From NCBI GenBank assembly GCA_030141605.1, contig JAQGDQ010000064.1, positions 672,116 to 736,115 of the forward strand: DNA of 64,000 nt, in the 5' to 3' direction. A program made the translations under genes and the position numbers. This stretch comes from Tubiluchus corallicola (Eukaryota > Animalia > Priapulida). Positions within the stretch are counted from its first letter, which is position 1, and the number at the start of each line of letters is the position of its first letter. The notes beneath the pieces were generated by a model. That model had not been told where the DNA came from. It searched no databases and saw only the letters and a list, made by a program, of their open reading frames with translations. Shown one piece after another: positions 51,301 to 64,000 of this stretch.

Positions 51301-52736
51301 TATTACTTCTGGTCGGATTCAGCATATGGTGACAGATCAGGATCGTTTGGTGGTGGATTTAATGGTAATTATTGTTGTGATGTTTTTGTTTACCGGTAGC
51401 ACATAGTTTATATATAGTCAAGATTTCAAGCTGCAGGCCACAACTTTTCACGACTTGTTTATGAGAATCTCTGATTTACGAAAACATGGCGTTTTTTAGT
51501 TTTACAGTGACTATGTAGAACGTAGATGGTGATAGCATAGCATGTTGCATGAATCAGAATCGTTTATGCCGAAAAGTATAGTGTAGCTACACAGATAGTG
51601 TACTACATCAGAAGTGGCGATGGACGCCATTTGATTTCAGTCAACGATGAACAAATCATGACATGAAATAATAAAAATTTTGACAAATCTACATCAAATT
51701 CTATATCTGGCACATATTAAAATTTTGATTGACATTATCAGAGCCCATTCATAGTACTCATACACCAATGTATTCTAAGCTTTTTTTGTACAAAAAATCA
51801 ATACCCTGTAGTTAAAAAAAATTAATATTTTAAATATTAACTTAGTTCTATGAATCATAAAATTGCTGTTTCACTACTTAGGGAACCTTCATATTATTTA
51901 TGAAAATCATGAGAAATTTTTTTGGCATGCGGTACGTTGCATGACTGTCTCTACAAAATTTTTGATTACTAACCAAGTAAAGTGCAGCACTGGACACATA
52001 ATATTGTAGAACGTATTTCAAAAAAAGAAGTGCAGTAGAAATAATGCAGAAATGCTGAAATTTACTGATAACATTTCAGTGAAATGCAACTCGGCGTTAA
52101 AGCGTAGAAAAGGTGTATGTAAAAGATTATGCTACAATAAATGTTCGAAGCGTGCACTTTTAACTTGCATACGTTAATATACAAACAGTAGTAACTCTGC
52201 ATGTAACGAAAAACATGCTAAAATTTATTAAGTTGGATGTTTTGGATAACGTTTGATATTTTGTTCAATATAAACCTGGGCTTTTGCATTGTGACGCCAC
52301 AATGACGTAAAAATAATTATACTTACATAATTTAAAATTTCCTACTATATTACTTGGCTTTTATATATTCCAGTACATGTATATGCATATGAGATTAATC
52401 ATTACTACACTGCATTATAAATACATACCCGTGGATGACAGAGGAAAATTTCTGTTTTAGGACTCATTAGCCAATGATGAGATACAGAAAAAACTAGTTG
52501 TTGCTCTGATTCTTGATGGCAATCAATGTTCTCCTCGGATGCCAGATTCTGACTGTTTCAGCAACAGATTAAAGTATTTATACCCTGTTGACTGGAAAGA
52601 GTTGGCTGCAGAATTGGAACTTGTGAGAAACAGTTCTCGTCCTCTCAACACACCAAAGAAATCTAGTATAAAATTTGTAGAAAAGAGTTGTTTTGATAAG
52701 CTAAAGGAAAAGCTACGGAAGGATAAAAGAGAGTAA
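48348..52736 (+). CDS. Putative Death domain + SEFIR/TIR-like signalling adaptor (Act1/CIKS-like), 6 exons, ~463 aa
   Basis: Phase-consistent GT-AG exons 48348-48557, 49040-49202, 49903-50403, 50721-50854, 51257-51364 and 52461-52736 give 1392 nt open. N-terminal LKYHLEPNNNAWKQFGQFLLG..SELKWID..KESPVAYLLDEY....VAKIIEAVNHIE fits the death-domain helix pattern. C-terminal RKFLLLHASD...KILCPVT...KKLVVALILDG....MPDSDCFSNRLKYLYPVDWKELAAEL resembles SEFIR box 1 and the Act1 C-terminal 'P..L....Y.WP' segment. Confidence 0.72.
48768..48931 (+). repeat. Degenerate (TTAGGG)n array with short flanking inverted repeats, in intron 1 of the adaptor gene
   Basis: About 16 imperfect TTAGGG units at 48808-48907, flanked by ACAATTCCCC and GGTGAGTTGT (imperfect IR). 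Confidence 0.75.
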
Positions 52737-52882
52737 ATGAGAGAGAACTATGTCGTAAACACGTTTTCTGTGGAGCCAAGATGTCGAATTCTGAGTCTGA
52801 TTGAACAACATGATTAGATTAAGATTAAAATGCTTTTATAGTGTTAATGGTCATTGTTATTGTTGATTACAGTAAGACAATT

Positions 52883-53257
52883 TGTTGTGTTTCTTTCTCT
52901 CGGACGGCTCGTAGAGAAAACAAGAAAACACGTTGTCAAATTAAACTGGTTTATTATGTGAGAATTCCACAATGCAAAGTATGAAGGAACTCAAAATATG
53001 TACAGTCAGTACGATAATCTGGAAACATGAAAACGAGAGTGTGCGTACCTGAGAATCTGAGAATATGAGAACAAACTCTTATATATCAATGCAAATGGAC
53101 AACACTAGAACAATCTAGAAACTACTACGTGCATCGTGTATAGAAAGTTCTAGAATCTACGATTGCTTCTACAAGGTAAAAAGAATGTTCTACTATACTA
53201 TAGAACATTCTACAATTTTCCATTCAATTCTAATGCATGCTAGCGATCTCCACAACA
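52883..53257 (-). mobile_element. Solo LTR (375 bp), TGTT...AACA type (BEL/Pao- or copia-like)
   Basis: Perfect 7-bp IR TGTTGTG...CACAACA and a perfect 5-bp TSD CAATT (52878-52882, 53258-53262). The minus strand has ATATATAAG (~53080) upstream of AATAAA (~52950). Confidence 0.85.
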
Positions 53258-55740
53258 CAATTAAAAAATAATGCACAGAGAATCAAAAAGAAAAGACTGT
53301 GTGTTACACATAATGATTCGGTTCAGACTTTTCGGATTTGGAACAACACTGACGTGTATACATATTTCAACACAAACTGTGAAGATCTCCCTTTGCGCAG
53401 TTACTTGATAATGTAATAATATAAGAAGCTTCCAGCTTTGGCAGCAAAAAGGTTTAGACATAAAGATAGGCAAACATCTCCAGCTCTGAAAGATTCTTCT
53501 AATTTTCTAATTGTGAACACAAATGTTAATAATTTTTTTATAGCTGATCTAAACAATAATCAATAGTCGGTTAATTGATATCGGTTTAGAGGAAAATAAA
53601 AAATCGGTATCGGTTTCATGGAAAAGCAAAACACATCGTGGGAGGTTCATATAACATCCATGTATTGTATCTATTATTGAAAATTAGCCATGAGCATTTG
53701 TAAGTTTTGCATGTACGCAATATAAGCAAACGTTTAGAGTCTGACACAGTGAAAAATAAAAACTTTCGTGCATTTTTATGACAAATACCGCAAATATTCA
53801 GTCCACACAAAGAAAAAGATTTTTACTACCAAAATGTTTTGTTATTTGCTCATAATAAAGTTATGGAGTAAGAGCAAATGGAAAATCCTGGAGAAGACTA
53901 AATCTATATTAACCGCACACACACATACACACTGATTTTCGCTCAATTTAATTTCATGATTCTCGTCGCTTGATATATTTGCTTTATAAACGGGGTTTTA
54001 TAAAGGGTGGCCCTTAAAAGCTACAGCTACCTTGGTTTCCCTAAAACATACATAATCCCATAATCCAATGTTATGTTTACGTTAATAAGTTGGCAAACAT
54101 AGACATTATTGGTAACATCTATTTTATGTTTTTACCATCTGAAATCTATTGTAAAACTGTTGTTTTGTTAATTCAAATAAATTGAAATTGAAAGAAATTT
54201 TACACTATTTTTTACATGGAGCACAGTAAACTGTATACACAATATTTCCGCAATGGTCCCATGGCATGTTAGTATTAACTAAACTATAAAATAGAACAGA
54301 ATACCTTAAAATTAACAAAACTAAAAACCACTAAAGTACTAAAATAAATAAATCACAAAATACTTTGTAAAAGTAGACACGGGCTGAAAGCAAAAGTTAG
54401 ATAAAAGTACTAAATTAAACAGGTAAAGTTTTTTGTAAAATTAATCCTAATAAAAACAAAAACTAGGCAAAATTTGGCGCAAGTACTAAATCAGACACAT
54501 AAAACACTTCGTAAAATAAGACGTAAAGCAAAGATCAGTTTGTAAACCTGTGTTCAAGCGTTAAAATTTAATTTTTAAAACGTTTGCGATACATAAAATA
54601 CAAGAAAACGCAACTTTAATACTTAATTACGTGTGTAAGTACATTAAATACTAATTTAATACTAATACAGTAAGTATTAATGTTAAGAATATAAAAACTA
54701 ATTTAAAAGCTTCTGAAGAAGAGTGAATTTTATCTGCCTTAAAGATGCTTTCTATCTTAAATTTTCATCTACTTTGTTATAAAGAACAGCCTTACTGTAT
54801 TGCAACATAGATTTGCCAGAGCCGTCGCCAGAGATTCTGCAAGATTTGAGTGTTTGGTATTTTCGTCAACTATGTTGAATCTTATTATGTGTGCTAGGCC
54901 TACGATGTAATCGACTCTATGAGTATCGGTGTGCTTGCGGTGGTTTTCCATTACAGGCCGATGTAGACCTTCAGAACTCAAGGCCGGATGTTGATGTTGT
55001 AGGCCCCTGGGCTATAGATACTGTGAGGCCCCGGACCCCAATGATAATTAACCAAAGAATGAATGTTGGATTCTTCAAATCAGTTTATGGAAACTTCTAC
55101 AACAATACCAACATTAGGCCCACATAGACGGGTGCAAGTTTAACACAACAATAAGAGAAGAGATATTCTGATTAACAAAATTAAAATAAGTTTTTGAAAT
55201 ATTAAATACAGCACCTACAAATTACAATGAATAAATTGCTGTTAATTGCCAGTGTGGCAGTTCTAATGAGTTGGAATAATGTACAAAATTCCAGATTATT
55301 ATATTAATTAATTGAGCCCTTTTTAAAGAGATAATTCAACATACTCTCATTCTCCACAGTAAATTGTGAAGTCAGTGTCAGTACTATTGTTGCAAATAAT
55401 TTCTCCAAAATATGCATTTATATACTAGAGTAATTTGCAATATTTTCAAACAGGAAATAATTATAATTTCAAAAAAATACAGTTAGTAATATTGCTACAT
55501 TTCATTTTGTCTCTGAAAGAAATTTGACTGTCAATTGCGGTAATGATGATGTACCATTTAAGAATTAAAAAAATAAAGAAAAATTGCAACATTGACCATG
55601 AATTTAGAAGCAGTGGAAAGCGGTTCGACAACCAAACTGCAACAGAACTGGTATATTATTTCTGTTAGTCAACAAATATAAATTGGTCTGCGGGTATTGG
55701 AGATAAATAGTGGCATTCACTTCGTGCGGCCACTGCCCAT

Positions 55741-57550
55741 ATATGCTAGGTGGCACAGAAAAAAGTGCCGAAGTTTTTGTTACGATTTTATAAGAAGAAA
55801 ATAACGTTTAAAATTGCCCCACTGATGTTACAGACGCTTGTGTTTAAACACAAATTATCTTATGTCATTCTTTAACATTTGTCCAAGGATAGAGAAGTTT
55901 CAATACACAAGCCAATAAATAAATGCCGATAAAAACTTCATGTGTCAGTATGGCTAAAATTTACAGCAAGTGATCTATATGTCCACCATTTTCACTGCAA
56001 CCTAGACGAATGCGTTTCTGCCAACAGCAGATTGCCTTTAGTTGCTCTGCATGAAACGGTTCTGTGCGGTCACTTACACATTTTCTCTTTTCGGGAATTC
56101 CAAAAAAAAACCGCAACGCGGAGAATTCAGTCCCGTTTTTTCTTGGCAACAAAAATCCTCACCAGTTCTTTATTTTCTGTACAACTACAAACTTGTTACT
56201 TGCAGCTTTCACAGCAAAAAGTTAATACATTATGGTACCAGTTTCTGAAATTTCAACTTTGGTAGATACTTGCATCTAATTTTATAGTTATATCTAAATA
56301 TCGGCACATTTTTGTGCGGCAACCGGTGAACCCTGATGGTCTAGTTGCCTTGTGTTGAACAAGCGGTATTAACATCATTCAGCAAACTGATCAAATAAAA
56401 TATGTGGGATTTTATATTCACAATAAAATGACTGAAAAAATCACACATAAACCACACTACATACAAAATCAATAAAGTAGGTGGCCATTATATAAAAAAC
56501 TAGACACTATGTTAGTAAAGATACTCTCAAAATTATATACAATGCACTAGGTTACTCAAGGCTCCAGTACTACATAATGACCTTTGGAGTTGCACTTCCA
56601 ACAACATTTCATCCTCTGACAACTGCACGAAACAAAATTGTTAAGCTAATGAATTTCTCTCAAACAAGGCTTTACGCAACACCTACATACTTAAACCTAC
56701 ATATAATTAAAATTTCACGACATATGTAAGTCGAACTTGCTAAGGTTTTTAAACGATTTCTATGATTTTTGTTGTGTTAATACTTGCAAAAGTTGTTTTC
56801 AAATTTAAACGCCTGGTGAGGCAAAAATATGCCAAAGTTTTAGTCACAGTATGAGGCCCATAAAACGAAAATGATGGCATCGCTGGAAAATTATCATACT
56901 GATGTTACAGACGCTAATGCCAGAAATTTTAACTCATTCTCTTAATTTTTTCCAAAGATGCAAAAGTTATAAAAGAACGTGTCAAAAAATAAATGCCGGA
57001 AACACTTCGCGTCACTAATGTTAAAATTTACAGCAAGTGCACTGCTGTGGCCAACTCTATATGGTCAACATTTTATTTATTTATTTTATATTATTTCACA
57101 TTTGTTTAAATAAATAGTAAAAAAAGGTGACCAAAGGTGCGTCATTTTCCGAACTCCATACTTTAACAACACGGTTGAAGAAAAAACCCAAAACCTTTTT
57201 ATTCGTTCTACGAACATACAGCTTGAGACTATGATTACTTTTTGTCCTATCAGTGAGTGCTTTGTAAAAAATTTTCGGGATCTAAATCAACATCCCTATG
57301 AATTATTTTATAGCACTTGACTAAATTGTTTAGTAATCGTCTCTCCTCTAACGATCTTAGATGAAGGGTTTTGAGTCTTTCTGGATAGGTTTTATACATA
57401 AGTTCGGAGTTATACATCTGTAATATAATCGCCTTTTAAAGCATTTTTGCACAATTTCAACAATATTTACATCCCCTACAAATTGACTGCAAACTAGACG
57501 ATGGCATTTCTTCCAAAAGCTGACGCAAGTTTTTCACTTCTTAATGGGTA
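55741..57550. repeat. Two diverged copies of an interspersed repeat separated by a CR1 fragment
   Basis: Shared blocks in the same order: ACTGATGTTACAGACGCT (55821, 56898), AAATAAATGCCG, AAAATTTACAGCAAGTG, and ACTGCAA(C/A)CTAGACGA (55994, 57487). Confidence 0.6.
56390..56745 (+). mobile_element. Short CR1/L2 RT C-terminal fragment
   Basis: Translates to IKYVGFYIHNKM and HPLTTARNKIVKLMNFS..ATPTYLNL..ELAK, matching the 46 kb copy (PLITAQNKIVKIITFS..ATPSY..ELAK). Confidence 0.6.
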
Positions 57551-58080
57551 CTTGGTGACAGCACTTAACAATTTTTAGATTTAGTTCCCTTGCATCAAAT
57601 GACTCTGTCTTTCTCTGGGAATTTCAGATACCGTAGTTTATAGGATTAGGCCTAAGTTCCACTTTTTATTGACAACAAATCCTTAACACAGTTTTATGTT
57701 CAGTGGTAAAATAGTGACGTAAACTGACTGATTTGTTTATTGTTTTGTTTATATGTCAACTTGGTTGTTTTTCAGTAGATGATTGTCACGTTGTTGAGAC
57801 GTGTTTTTAACATGCTAAGGTTGTTTAGTCATAAGTTAAAAAACTACTAAAACTATAAACATGTAACTTTCGCAGCCAAAATCGGTTGTATCATAACATC
57901 ATACTGTAAAATTTCAATTTTGTAGAGCGTTTGCGTCTAACGTTATTGCAGTATAAACTTTTTCTGCTCCACTCGTTACATTGTTTCGGAAGTACATCTG
58001 TGTAGTACCGAATGTAGACAGAAATGACATAGGCAAAAATGATACATATGTTACTTTGACGTAAATAATTTTCTATAATA

Positions 58081-58400
58081 CAGTGGTTCCCAAACTTTCT
58101 CAGACCGTTACCCAAATCGGGAAACCCGGTCGTGTCCATTACCCCCCACCTAGTACTACTTCTCCAACTCAAAAAGTAAACACACGTATATGCCACAAGC
58201 AAGCAAAATTATTTATGTATTATTTATTTATTTACACAGTGTTGCCTGCCGGAGGCAGTCTCTTCAAGAAGAAAACTACGTAAAATGCATTCCGAGCGAA
58301 GTTTTAAAATTTTCAGGGGGGTGCCCGTTACCCCCCCCCCCCCAAAAAAAAAACCATATTACCCCCGGGGGGTAATTTACCCCTACTTTGGGAACCACTG
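58081..58400. mobile_element. hAT (Charlie-like) MITE, 320 bp
   Basis: 14-bp perfect TIR CAGTGGTTCCCAAA / TTTGGGAACCACTG and a perfect 8-bp TSD CTATAATA on both sides. Confidence 0.92.
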
Positions 58401-60153
58401 CTATAATAAAACTAGAATGCGCTTAGTAGGAAGTAGTTAGTTCTTCGCCAAGGTCGAAAGATCCTAAACAGGATCCGATCGTCTGATTCGTTTGATAGAA
58501 AAAAAACATTAAACAAATTTATAAACAACGAATATTCCACACAGTGTTTGTCTACATTTCTTTAATCATATGCCTATGGTACAATAGACTGACAAATATC
58601 GTATTTACAAAAAAATCAGCTTATAAAGCTATATCATGTATAATCAAAGATAGTAAACAGCGTTACACAGTTTTTGAGCGAGAATTTCTCTAAACGAAAC
58701 CTGGAATTAACTCGAAGTTGTTTGTCCTAGTAGAGATAATTACTCTCTCTTATAGCCAAATCCTTTTTCCAAGGAGCTATGACACTATGAGATGTCCACG
58801 AAACGCAATGAAGTGGCGAAAAATACACACCTTGGTAGTTTTCACCCTTCCCCTGTCCAGAAATCATAACTTTTTATCATAACTCTTTATAATTTTTTGT
58901 CTCGAATCAATTATTTAGCGCAATGTCACCGGATACTACGTCAGTGCTGTCACCCGTTGAATGGCTTTGTTATAACCTAAGTTGTACAGGTTGCTGCTTT
59001 GTTGAATTTAAAAGTGAAGCCTGTTCGGCCAATCATGTTTTTAGATTTAGGTAACTTACTTTCTAAGCGGGAAAAATGACCAGTATGGAACATGTGGAGA
59101 GGAAAAATGGCCGCTTGTAGACTTTTAGTTCTGTGAACTTTTAAGTATCTATATGTGAAACCTGAAGGCTCCTGATGTTTATGCGAAATCTGTTTACTAT
59201 ATGGAATGGTGACATGGACTACATTAAGCTGGAAATTGTTGTATGCACATGAAAAGTTTGCGAATCAAGTCCATTATATACTTGAATCCTGGATCATAGC
59301 AAGTCCTCAATCTGTCGTTGTTATAAGCACCCTTTTCACAAGCTGATTGTGTGGACACTGGACAATCTGTTCTTTGGACGCTTGACTCCCACCATGTGCC
59401 AAACTGCAAGGCAGAGACAGTCTACTTTGCTTGCAGATCGAACATGTGTGCTTATCTGTTTATTACTACCATGATACTTTCGCCAACACACTACAAACAC
59501 TTTGTCAGTTAAAGACGTATGCGTGACCTGTTTAAACCATCATGACACGAGAAAATTATAAAAAAACTACATCAGGTCATCACATTGCCCGTTATGGGAA
59601 ACCGATACCACATCCGTTGAACGGGCTATTCAACCATTACCAGCACCAATCACGGCCGGTCCCGATCTCTAGAAATAAGAGGCATAAGTTTTGCAAAAAC
59701 GGACAAACAGGACCACTTTTGGAGGTTTTCGCCCCCGTCCACGCAGTGGGTCTAATTTGAAAAATAAGCCCCCGGGTGAAAATCTGTGGATCGAGACCTT
59801 TCGTTTGGTGAATGACGTATAGATCGTCGAAAATGATGCCGTCGGAGTCAAATCTACGGAGCTGTAGATTGTTTAGACGCTCGTCTAATTGAGCAAAGCC
59901 TATTCGCAGTCTAACGTGATGCACAGAATTCGGTCTAGTAAATATATTGGTCTGTTAATGAAAGCAAAACGTTGTATGAAATTAGATTTTAAGTTCTTTA
60001 AAGATGAAGATAACTTTATTTGATGTGGAAGATTGTTCCAAGCACTCACGCTTGTAGGAAAAAATAATTACGAAAATAATCATTGTTAGTATAAAATAAG
60101 ACAAAATCATTACGATTTCTTCATGAATCGGTGACATATATATGTATATACAT

Positions 60154-60530
60154 TGTTCCGCCGTCGGGTTCTCACCGCCAGGGTCTTAGCAATCACTCCT
60201 GGGCGCTTTGAACGACTGATATCGGTGGGCGAGAGGCCTCGGTTGGAAATCGACATTCTGCCTGAAACAGAACTAACAAAGCAAGCAACTAGGAGATATT
60301 CACCAGTTTAAAAAGAGCGGTATAAGGCCCGACCAAAAGAAAAACTTAGCTAACCTACTAATTTTGCGAAAACTAGACTGTTACTGTTAAATAAAGTTCT
60401 CTACTCACGACCGAAACAGCTGGCTAAACATGAAAAACACAGAAAACCAATCTATCTTTGAAGGCCTACCACTCCCTATTACATTTAAAATTTATAGGCG
60501 TGTTTTACTTTAACTGGACTCGAAATAACA
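60154..60530 (+). mobile_element. Probable solo LTR (~377 bp)
   Basis: TGTT...AACA termini, near-TSD TACAT/TACAG, and internal GTATAAG (~60320) followed by AATAAA (~60390). Confidence 0.45.
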
Positions 60531-62103
60531 TACAGGCCGCATATCTGCGTCCTTGAGTGAGTGAAAAAGTGTGAACGCAAAACAGAGCGAAGCTCAGCCC
60601 CGCAACACTATATATACATATGCCCTATTTAAAGTGGCAGTCAAGGTGGAGCTTCAACCATGTAAAGAAATAACTATTTTCAATAATAATGTTACAGCTA
60701 CTAATAATAACATCTAAATACAAAAATTATGTAAGTTATGTATTTCAAAGAGTTTCAAATATTTTAGGAATATTTTGTATTTTACAGTGATATCAATTTA
60801 GCTTAGTGCTTTAAAAGATCTTGCATAAGTTTTAATAACGAGCTCTTTTCATTAGAATAATAAGCGATCGTGTCATCTCATTAATAACACATCAATAGTG
60901 AAACTAAACATTATGGTTAGGCAACAGTGAAAAACAAGATCACAACAATGTATGTGCGAAACATGTATTTACAACAAAACTTCACATTTTAATTATTAAG
61001 ATTCGAATGGAAATAACAGCTGCAAGCTTAGCAAATAAATCTGTCCTCAGATTAAAAATGTTCCCTGTTCATATAGTATGCCGGATATTAAACGGCTTAA
61101 TAGTAGATTTCCTGATATTGCACATTAACGTCACCGTCAAGGCTTTCCATTTTAAAGGGCTAGGTTGTAGATGACAGTAGGCCAAGCTTTCACGTTAAAA
61201 AGAATAATTATTATTAATGATACATTTTTGCAGCTTAGTGATGTTTTTAGAAAAACAACTAGTAATTAGTATGACTATGACGCGCAGAGTTACAGACATT
61301 TTTTCCGATGTCTTTCGTTTCCTTTGTGAATTTTCAAGTTTCTCCGCTTTGAACATAGTCAAATGCGTTTTATGTTTTACGCTGACTAGTTTCTTTGCTT
61401 CACTGCATCTGGCATCACTTTTAAAGTCACGTGAAAATAAGACGTTAGGTCATCTTCGCACATGTAATAAACCTACATCAAATTTTCACACCAACACGCC
61501 ATAGCACAGTTTCAATAGTGAGTTTTTTCTGTAGATGACACACATATAACCTAGAAGGATCCTCTAAATATAATACAAAGTTTATAGCCTGCAACTTTTG
61601 CGTATATTTTGACGTTTGCTCCTTTCGTCTCCTAGTATGTCTTTTTGGAGCAGGTCATTGGTATTCTCGTATTCGAGTATTTACGCATTTCACCATCATT
61701 CATCTTGTTACTGAGTAGCCCTCAAGAACTGCTGAGACAATGAACTGCAGTACACCCTTTTGACGCAGACTCATTATATAATACGTTGTTTATTTTTCAG
61801 CTACACAAAAACACTTAACTTACTGATGAACGAAGAGCAATTTAACGAATTTTTTATATTTGCAGTTTGAAAAGAAGCAAATCTTAACTAGCGGAACACG
61901 CACATGTATGTAAACTTCAGTGCAGCACAACCAGACTTTGTCATTGAACGTAGACGTTAAACATCCAGACTGAGAACGCAGAGGCTAGTCTGCCATATAA
62001 TATATTAATTTTGGCATAGTATCTTCCACGACGGATTTTGAAACCACCGATGACATCTGAGCGTCGCCGCAAACATTGAAAAAGCTTATTTCTTCTGCTT
62101 TTG

Positions 62104-63267
62104 TCACTTAACAATAGTAGTCTTTGTGAGTTTTCTTTGTAGTCGATGATAGCCATTTAGTTCCATGTTGTTGTCGTCGTTAGAGTTGGCTGATCTACTG
62201 CTTTTGAATGATATGACTACATTGCTAGGTCTTGACTTGCGAAAAACGTTCTGACAAAACTGATCCTTTAGCGCAAGTTTGTACTGTTTACTAAGTGAGC
62301 AGTAGACGACAAAATTCAGTGCTGCGTTGACGGTACTTAATGTGTTGACGATGGCGACGGCGCCTCGATATCTTGCCAATGAGCCGGTATCTTGCAATGA
62401 AAGTCCTATGATTAGTGTATAAATAGCTTCTGGAAGTTCCATAATAAAAAACGACAGGATTATTCCAATGAGCAGAACTGTTATTTGAATTTCCTGTTTG
62501 CGTTGGTTCTTCATGTCTTTGGATTCGGATAAAGTTCTGCGGACGCGCCGTGCAACCCAGACGTGAGTGATCAACAACGTGTTAAAGACGAAAATAAGTC
62601 CAAATGGAATGATAAAGAAGCCAAAGCTGCTGATCCAGGGGTAAACAAGGTAAAAACCGGCACGCCAGAAAGTGGTCGCCGCCGAGAATGCATACGCAGT
62701 GCCACCAGGACCGATGTCGTAACATACACCGTATTGAAGAAATCGTGGAAAGTCAAAAACGATCACACACATAAACACCATAGCGGTAAAAAACTTTGCT
62801 TTACGTACCGTCATCCAGGCATTGGCGGCAATGGGTCGGACGACAGCTACATATCGGACTATGGCAATGGTCACTATAATCCACGTGGAACTATGTTTGA
62901 AAATGTTCATGACCGCATAGGCTAGAGTCCATGCCCACACCATAGATGGCGCACTGCTGCTTTCAGGAAGACTAGCCTTAGCAAAAGTAGGTAACAGACA
63001 AACAAGTAAGCCAAGATCTGCAGCTGCAACGCCCGCCAAGTAGCAATGAATTCCACTGGCAATTCGCATTCTGGGTTTATGCAATATAACTAGATTGAGC
63101 GAGTTACCAAGAATTCCGACTAGTATGAGCACAGGCAAAACTACAGTGTTAATAATCCTGACGACTTTAATATTGAACTCATCGTCGATGACTTGCACAG
63201 TGATATTTGTAAAATTAATATTTTCGTTCATTTCGGTCATATGCTGTGTACAATTAACCCACGCCAT
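62104..63267 (-). CDS. Class A peptide GPCR, FMRFamide/myosuppressin/sex-peptide-receptor-like, intronless CDS
   Basis: 387 aa with seven hydrophobic segments and N-terminal N-glycosylation sequons. Motifs: GILGNSLNL (TM1), YLAGVAAAD (TM2), VRY in place of DRY, ELP (TM6), and NFVVY in place of NPxxY, which is typical of this invertebrate receptor group. Confidence 0.88.
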   Translation of the reverse strand: MAWVNCTQHMTEMNENINFTNITVQVIDDEFNIKVVRIINTVVLPVLILVGILGNSLNLVILHKPRMRIASGIHCYLAGVAAADLGLLVCLLPTFAKASLPESSSAPSMVWAWTLAYAVMNIFKHSSTWIIVTIAIVRYVAVVRPIAANAWMTVRKAKFFTAMVFMCVIVFDFPRFLQYGVCYDIGPGGTAYAFSAATTFWRAGFYLVYPWISSFGFFIIPFGLIFVFNTLLITHVWVARRVRRTLSESKDMKNQRKQEIQITVLLIGIILSFFIMELPEAIYTLIIGLSLQDTGSLARYRGAVAIVNTLSTVNAALNFVVYCSLSKQYKLALKDQFCQNVFRKSRPSNVVISFKSSRSANSNDDNNMELNGYHRLQRKLTKTTIVK

Positions 63268-64000
63268 TTTGAACGGGTAACTGACTGATTCGTCTCACGT
63301 TATCTGTCACGTACTTCTTCCACTTGCTTTAAACGATCATGTGAAAGCGATCCAGTTTTAATCTGTCAAACCACACGAAACATTATCTATATGCAGCAAA
63401 AAAACTGCACAAAAATAAAACTAATTTAGGTAAATTTAGTTTACATGATATTTAAATGATTCTCATGACGTTGTAGGTACTTTCTCTCATTGAACTTTCT
63501 TGGAAAAAGTAAAGGAGTTTCAATACTCTTATAATATGCGAGAAGGTTGCAGAAATGTTTCGTCAGTAGCTGCGGGTTCCATCTAATTGTCTTAATTTGT
63601 AGAATACAAGAAGCGAATCTTCAAAGCAACTGAAAAAAAAATAAAACGCGTCATAGCAATGTACTTTTAATTTAACACGCGCGCCGTTCATAATTGACAT
63701 CTTCACTTTTGTGAGGACTAGCAGCTTCGTAAAAGCTACTTATTAGTAAAATAATTCTGTTTCTGATTGTTATTTTCAGATTTTGTTTTTATGCCTTAAC
63801 ATCAAATCACTCAATGGGCTAGACAATTATAAATACAAACTAATGAACATACGAATAAAAAAAACTAATAATCTCTTAACCAGTTATAAGAGTGAAGCGT
63901 AATGATTATTTGCGTAAATTACACCAGTTTTAGCAAGTGTACAAAGTAGTTGCGTCTAAATCTCATAACGTCTCGATAGACCTGATTATACAAGGAATAA

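Overview
AT-rich, intron-containing eukaryotic (metazoan, most likely invertebrate) nuclear DNA. It is not prokaryotic, so most short ORFs in the track are spurious or are exon fragments. Seven protein-coding loci can be reconstructed by hand. (1) A 4-exon fatty-acid-binding protein (-, 813-3438). (2) A YEATS2-like gene whose visible CDS is one large exon (-, 6796-9708). (3) A gamma-glutamyl transpeptidase of at least 12 exons (+, 19267-30729). (4) A stand-alone MTHFD1-type dehydrogenase/cyclohydrolase with no synthetase domain (-, 34860-35780). (5) An intronless eIF2B-epsilon (+, 40810-42858). (6) A 6-exon, ~463-aa putative innate-immune adaptor with a Death domain, a RHIM-like motif and a SEFIR/TIR-like domain (+, 48348-52736), which is not visible in the ORF track. 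(7) An intronless FMRFamide-receptor-like GPCR (-, 62104-63267). The rest is decayed CR1/L2 and I-like LINEs, solo LTRs and hAT MITEs with target-site duplications, hairpin elements, SINE-like remnants and microsatellites. The most interesting candidates are the DD-RHIM-like-SEFIR adaptor, the apparently split or truncated MTHFD1 and YEATS2 genes, and a LINE bracketed by (GA)n microsatellites. All domain calls come from reading motifs by eye, not from database searches.
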